Assembly: GCA_023213395.1 (NCBI GenBank)
Contig: CM041465.1
Location: 207,583,741 to 207,647,740 of the forward strand
Reading direction: 5' to 3'
Length of the DNA stretch: 64,000 nucleotides
Source of the DNA: Cycas panzhihuaensis
Taxonomy: Eukaryota > Plantae > Cycadophyta
Positions 61,570-64,000 of this stretch are shown piece by piece. The notes beneath the pieces are model-generated. The model was not told where the DNA came from. It made no database searches and saw only the letters and a program-made list of their open reading frames with translations. Every line of letters begins with the position of its first letter. Within the stretch, counting starts at the first letter, position 1. The position numbers and the translations under genes were made by a program.

Positions 61570-62538
61570 CTGCATGTATGGTTTCAACCTGCTACCATTT
61601 ACCCGAGTTGGTAGCAATGGCCCATCAATTTCTCGTAACTGCACTGATCCATTGTCGAAATTTTTTTCCGCGATGTAAGGTCCCATCCACCGCATCTTGA
61701 GTTTGCCGGGGTGCATCCTGAATTTGTTGTCGTAAAGTAATACTTAGTCTCCTTCCCTGAATTGTGGCATTCGCAAATGTCGATCGTGCTATGCCTTTTG
61801 TCGTTTTTTCTCCATATTTTGCAACCACTTCGCCATGTGTCTTTTTTCCTCTAGCTGTATCAGTTCTTCCAATCGTTGTCGTAGGGATTGGAAATCGTCC
61901 AAGCGGCATTGCATAGTGATTCTCAAGCTTGGTATCTCAAATTCAATCGGAAGAATAGCTTTCGTTCCATAAACTAACTGGAAGGAAGTTTGTCCAATCG
62001 ATCTTTTGTAAGTTGTTCTGAATGCCCATAATACCGACGGTAGTTTCTCCGCCTTGATCGGATCGTCCCACATCGCATATCTTCCGTAAACAATTCTCAA
62101 TAATATTGTTTGAACTTTACGCTTGCCCATTCGTGGGTAATATGGTGTTGATTTCTGATGGCTGATCATGAAAGTGGATGTCAACACTTCTATGGTCTGG
62201 TTCAGGAAATGGGCACCTTGGTCGCTGACGATCTCTAGAGGGCACCCAAATCGTGTGATAATCACTTCATCCGTGAATCTGTTGCATTTCTCTGAATCTG
62301 CTGTCTTTAATGCTCTCGCTTCCACCCATTTTGTCATATAATCAGTTGCGACTAGGATATATCGGGCTTTAGATCTCCGAGCGGCTGGTTTGATTGGTCC
62401 CACAAAGTCGAGTCCCCATTTCTCGAATGGTGCTAATGGTAAAATTGGGTGTAATGGTTGGAAATCCTGCCGATTAGGTTTTCCAACCCGTTGACAATAG
62501 TCGCATGCTCGTATCCATTTCTTTACATCCTCGAACAT
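61570..62538 (-). pseudogene. gypsy integrase core and GPY/F domain (frameshifted)
   Basis: CDYCQ, PFEKWGLDFVGP, SDQGAHF, LWAFRT, GKLKMRWMGPY. Confidence 0.92.
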
Positions 62539-62544
62539 CGTCGG

Positions 62545-63345
62545 TCACCAGAATCTAGACATCAAGATCTTTCTCCATGTTGGCAACTTCCCCATATGTC
62601 CTCCTGCTATACCCTCGTGCGCTTGGCTCATGAGCTGATTGATCTCATGAGGTTGAATGCATCGTCGTAACACATCATCAGGTCCTAGTTTGTACAATTC
62701 TCCACTGATCAATTGGTATGGTTCAACTTTTCTAATAAAATTTCGCCGTTCTGTACGATCCAATTCTGGTGCTACTTCTCCAGTCACTAAATATTCTGGT
62801 ATCCCCTCATACCAGTCTGTTGGAACTGCTTCCACGTTGAACAATGCTGCATCTGGAAAATCATCTGGTATTCCCATAGCTCTTTCTCCATTTGGAATCC
62901 TTGATAATTGGTCTGGAATAATATGAGCTTTCCCCGGTTTTACAATAATTTTGAAAGAAAACTCTTGAAATAACATCATCCACCTACTAATTTGACCCCT
63001 CATTATTGGTTTATTTACGAGGTACATGAGCGCTTGATGATCCACAAAGAATATGAATGGATTTGCTAGTAAGTAATGTCGAAATTTCTGCAATGCGTAC
63101 ACCATTCCGAGTGCTTCTCTTTCTGTCGTAGTATAGTTCTGCTCGGCTTTTGTAAGTTTCCGACTTGCAAAATACACTGGATAATCTATCTTGTCATCAC
63201 TTGGTTGAGCTAATACGCATCCAATAGCGTATAGCGAAGCGTCCACATGCACATGGAAAGTTTTTGTCCAATCGAGAAATCGTAATATAGGTGCTGATAC
63301 AATGGCTTTCTTGAGTTTGAATGCATTCTCTTGGTCGTCATCCAT
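62545..63345 (-). pseudogene. gypsy RNaseH and integrase zinc-finger region
   Basis: ORF track 266 aa; DAS, EREALG, DHQAL, HEGIAGGH. Confidence 0.92.
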
Positions 63346-64000
63346 TCCAATTCAATATTTTTCCTCAATAGTTCCTCTAAGGGTCTGACGATATATGCAT
63401 TTCCTCGATAAATTTTACGTAATATCCGTCAATCCCAAAAACCTTTCAACGCTTCCTCGTAAGCGGTATCGAAAAATGCAAAATTACGAAACTTTGGGTG
63501 AATCATAGCAATCCTTCTTTGCTAACGATATGCCCCAATAAACTCCGAAGGGTATCAAAAAGGTACATTTTTCTGGGTTTAGACACAACTTATTTTCACG
63601 ACACGTTTGTAGCATTTCTTTCAAGTTTTCCATATGATTTTCATCGGTAGTATAAGGTCTAATCATCCAAAAATATCGCCACTTTGTCTCTAATCATCTT
63701 CCGAAATATGTTGATTACTATTCTCTGGAATGTGGCTGGAGCATTTGTCAATCCAAACAGCATCACTCTGTGGTGTATGTCCCCCATTCGGTAACGAATG
63801 TGGTTTTGGCTTGGTCTTCCGGAGCAATCACTTGGTTGTATCTCACGAACCCATCAAGAAAGAATATACCTCATTCCTCCCACGGTTTCGAATGTCTTCG
63901 TGAAGGGTAATGGAAAGGGTCCTTTTTGTTACTTTGTTCAATTGTCAGTAGTCCACACGGACATGTATTTTCCATTCTTCTTTGGAACTACTACCACGTG

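Larger units (their letters stand above)
58792..64000 (-). mobile_element. Ty3/gypsy non-chromovirus (Athila/Phygy/Selgy-like) element: RT-RH-INT, extra 3' ORF, 3' LTR; continues beyond window
   Basis: [18 protein letters not shown]; RH FHVHVDAS/YFASRKL/TTEREAL; INT WGLDFVGP, SDQG, GPY; no chromodomain or additional RNaseH seen; LTR 58792-59603. Confidence 0.92.

Noticed and set aside
63350-64000. programmed frameshifts in gypsy RT
   Set aside because: Many small indels cluster at both window ends; more likely decay or sequencing error

Overview
This is AT-rich repetitive DNA, inferred to come from a large-genome land plant (gymnosperm/fern-like). It is almost entirely a nested pile of LTR retrotransposons, and I found no intact host gene, RNA gene or CRISPR array. 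At least nine degenerate Ty1/copia elements, several Ty3/gypsy fragments, one solo LTR and one partial non-chromovirus gypsy element with an extra 3' ORF can be delimited, many from LTR/PBS/PPT/TSD signatures. The main finding is two structurally complete non-autonomous LTR elements whose gag/pol has been replaced by captured host DNA-repair-related sequence. (i) 7354-10827 carries an intronless tandem-BRCT region resembling plant At4g02110-type BRCT proteins, fused to a longer ORF remnant. (ii) 24839-27979 carries a fragment of the XPF/UVH1/RAD1 helicase-like domain plus other exon-like pieces, and its LTRs contain a fossil second primer-binding site. The gypsy element at the right end has a dense cluster of (C)GTAC motifs (SBP/SPL-type core) before its extra ORF and in its LTR. 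Homology calls are from recall of protein families and manual translation, not from database searches. Coordinates were counted by hand and may be off by a few bases.
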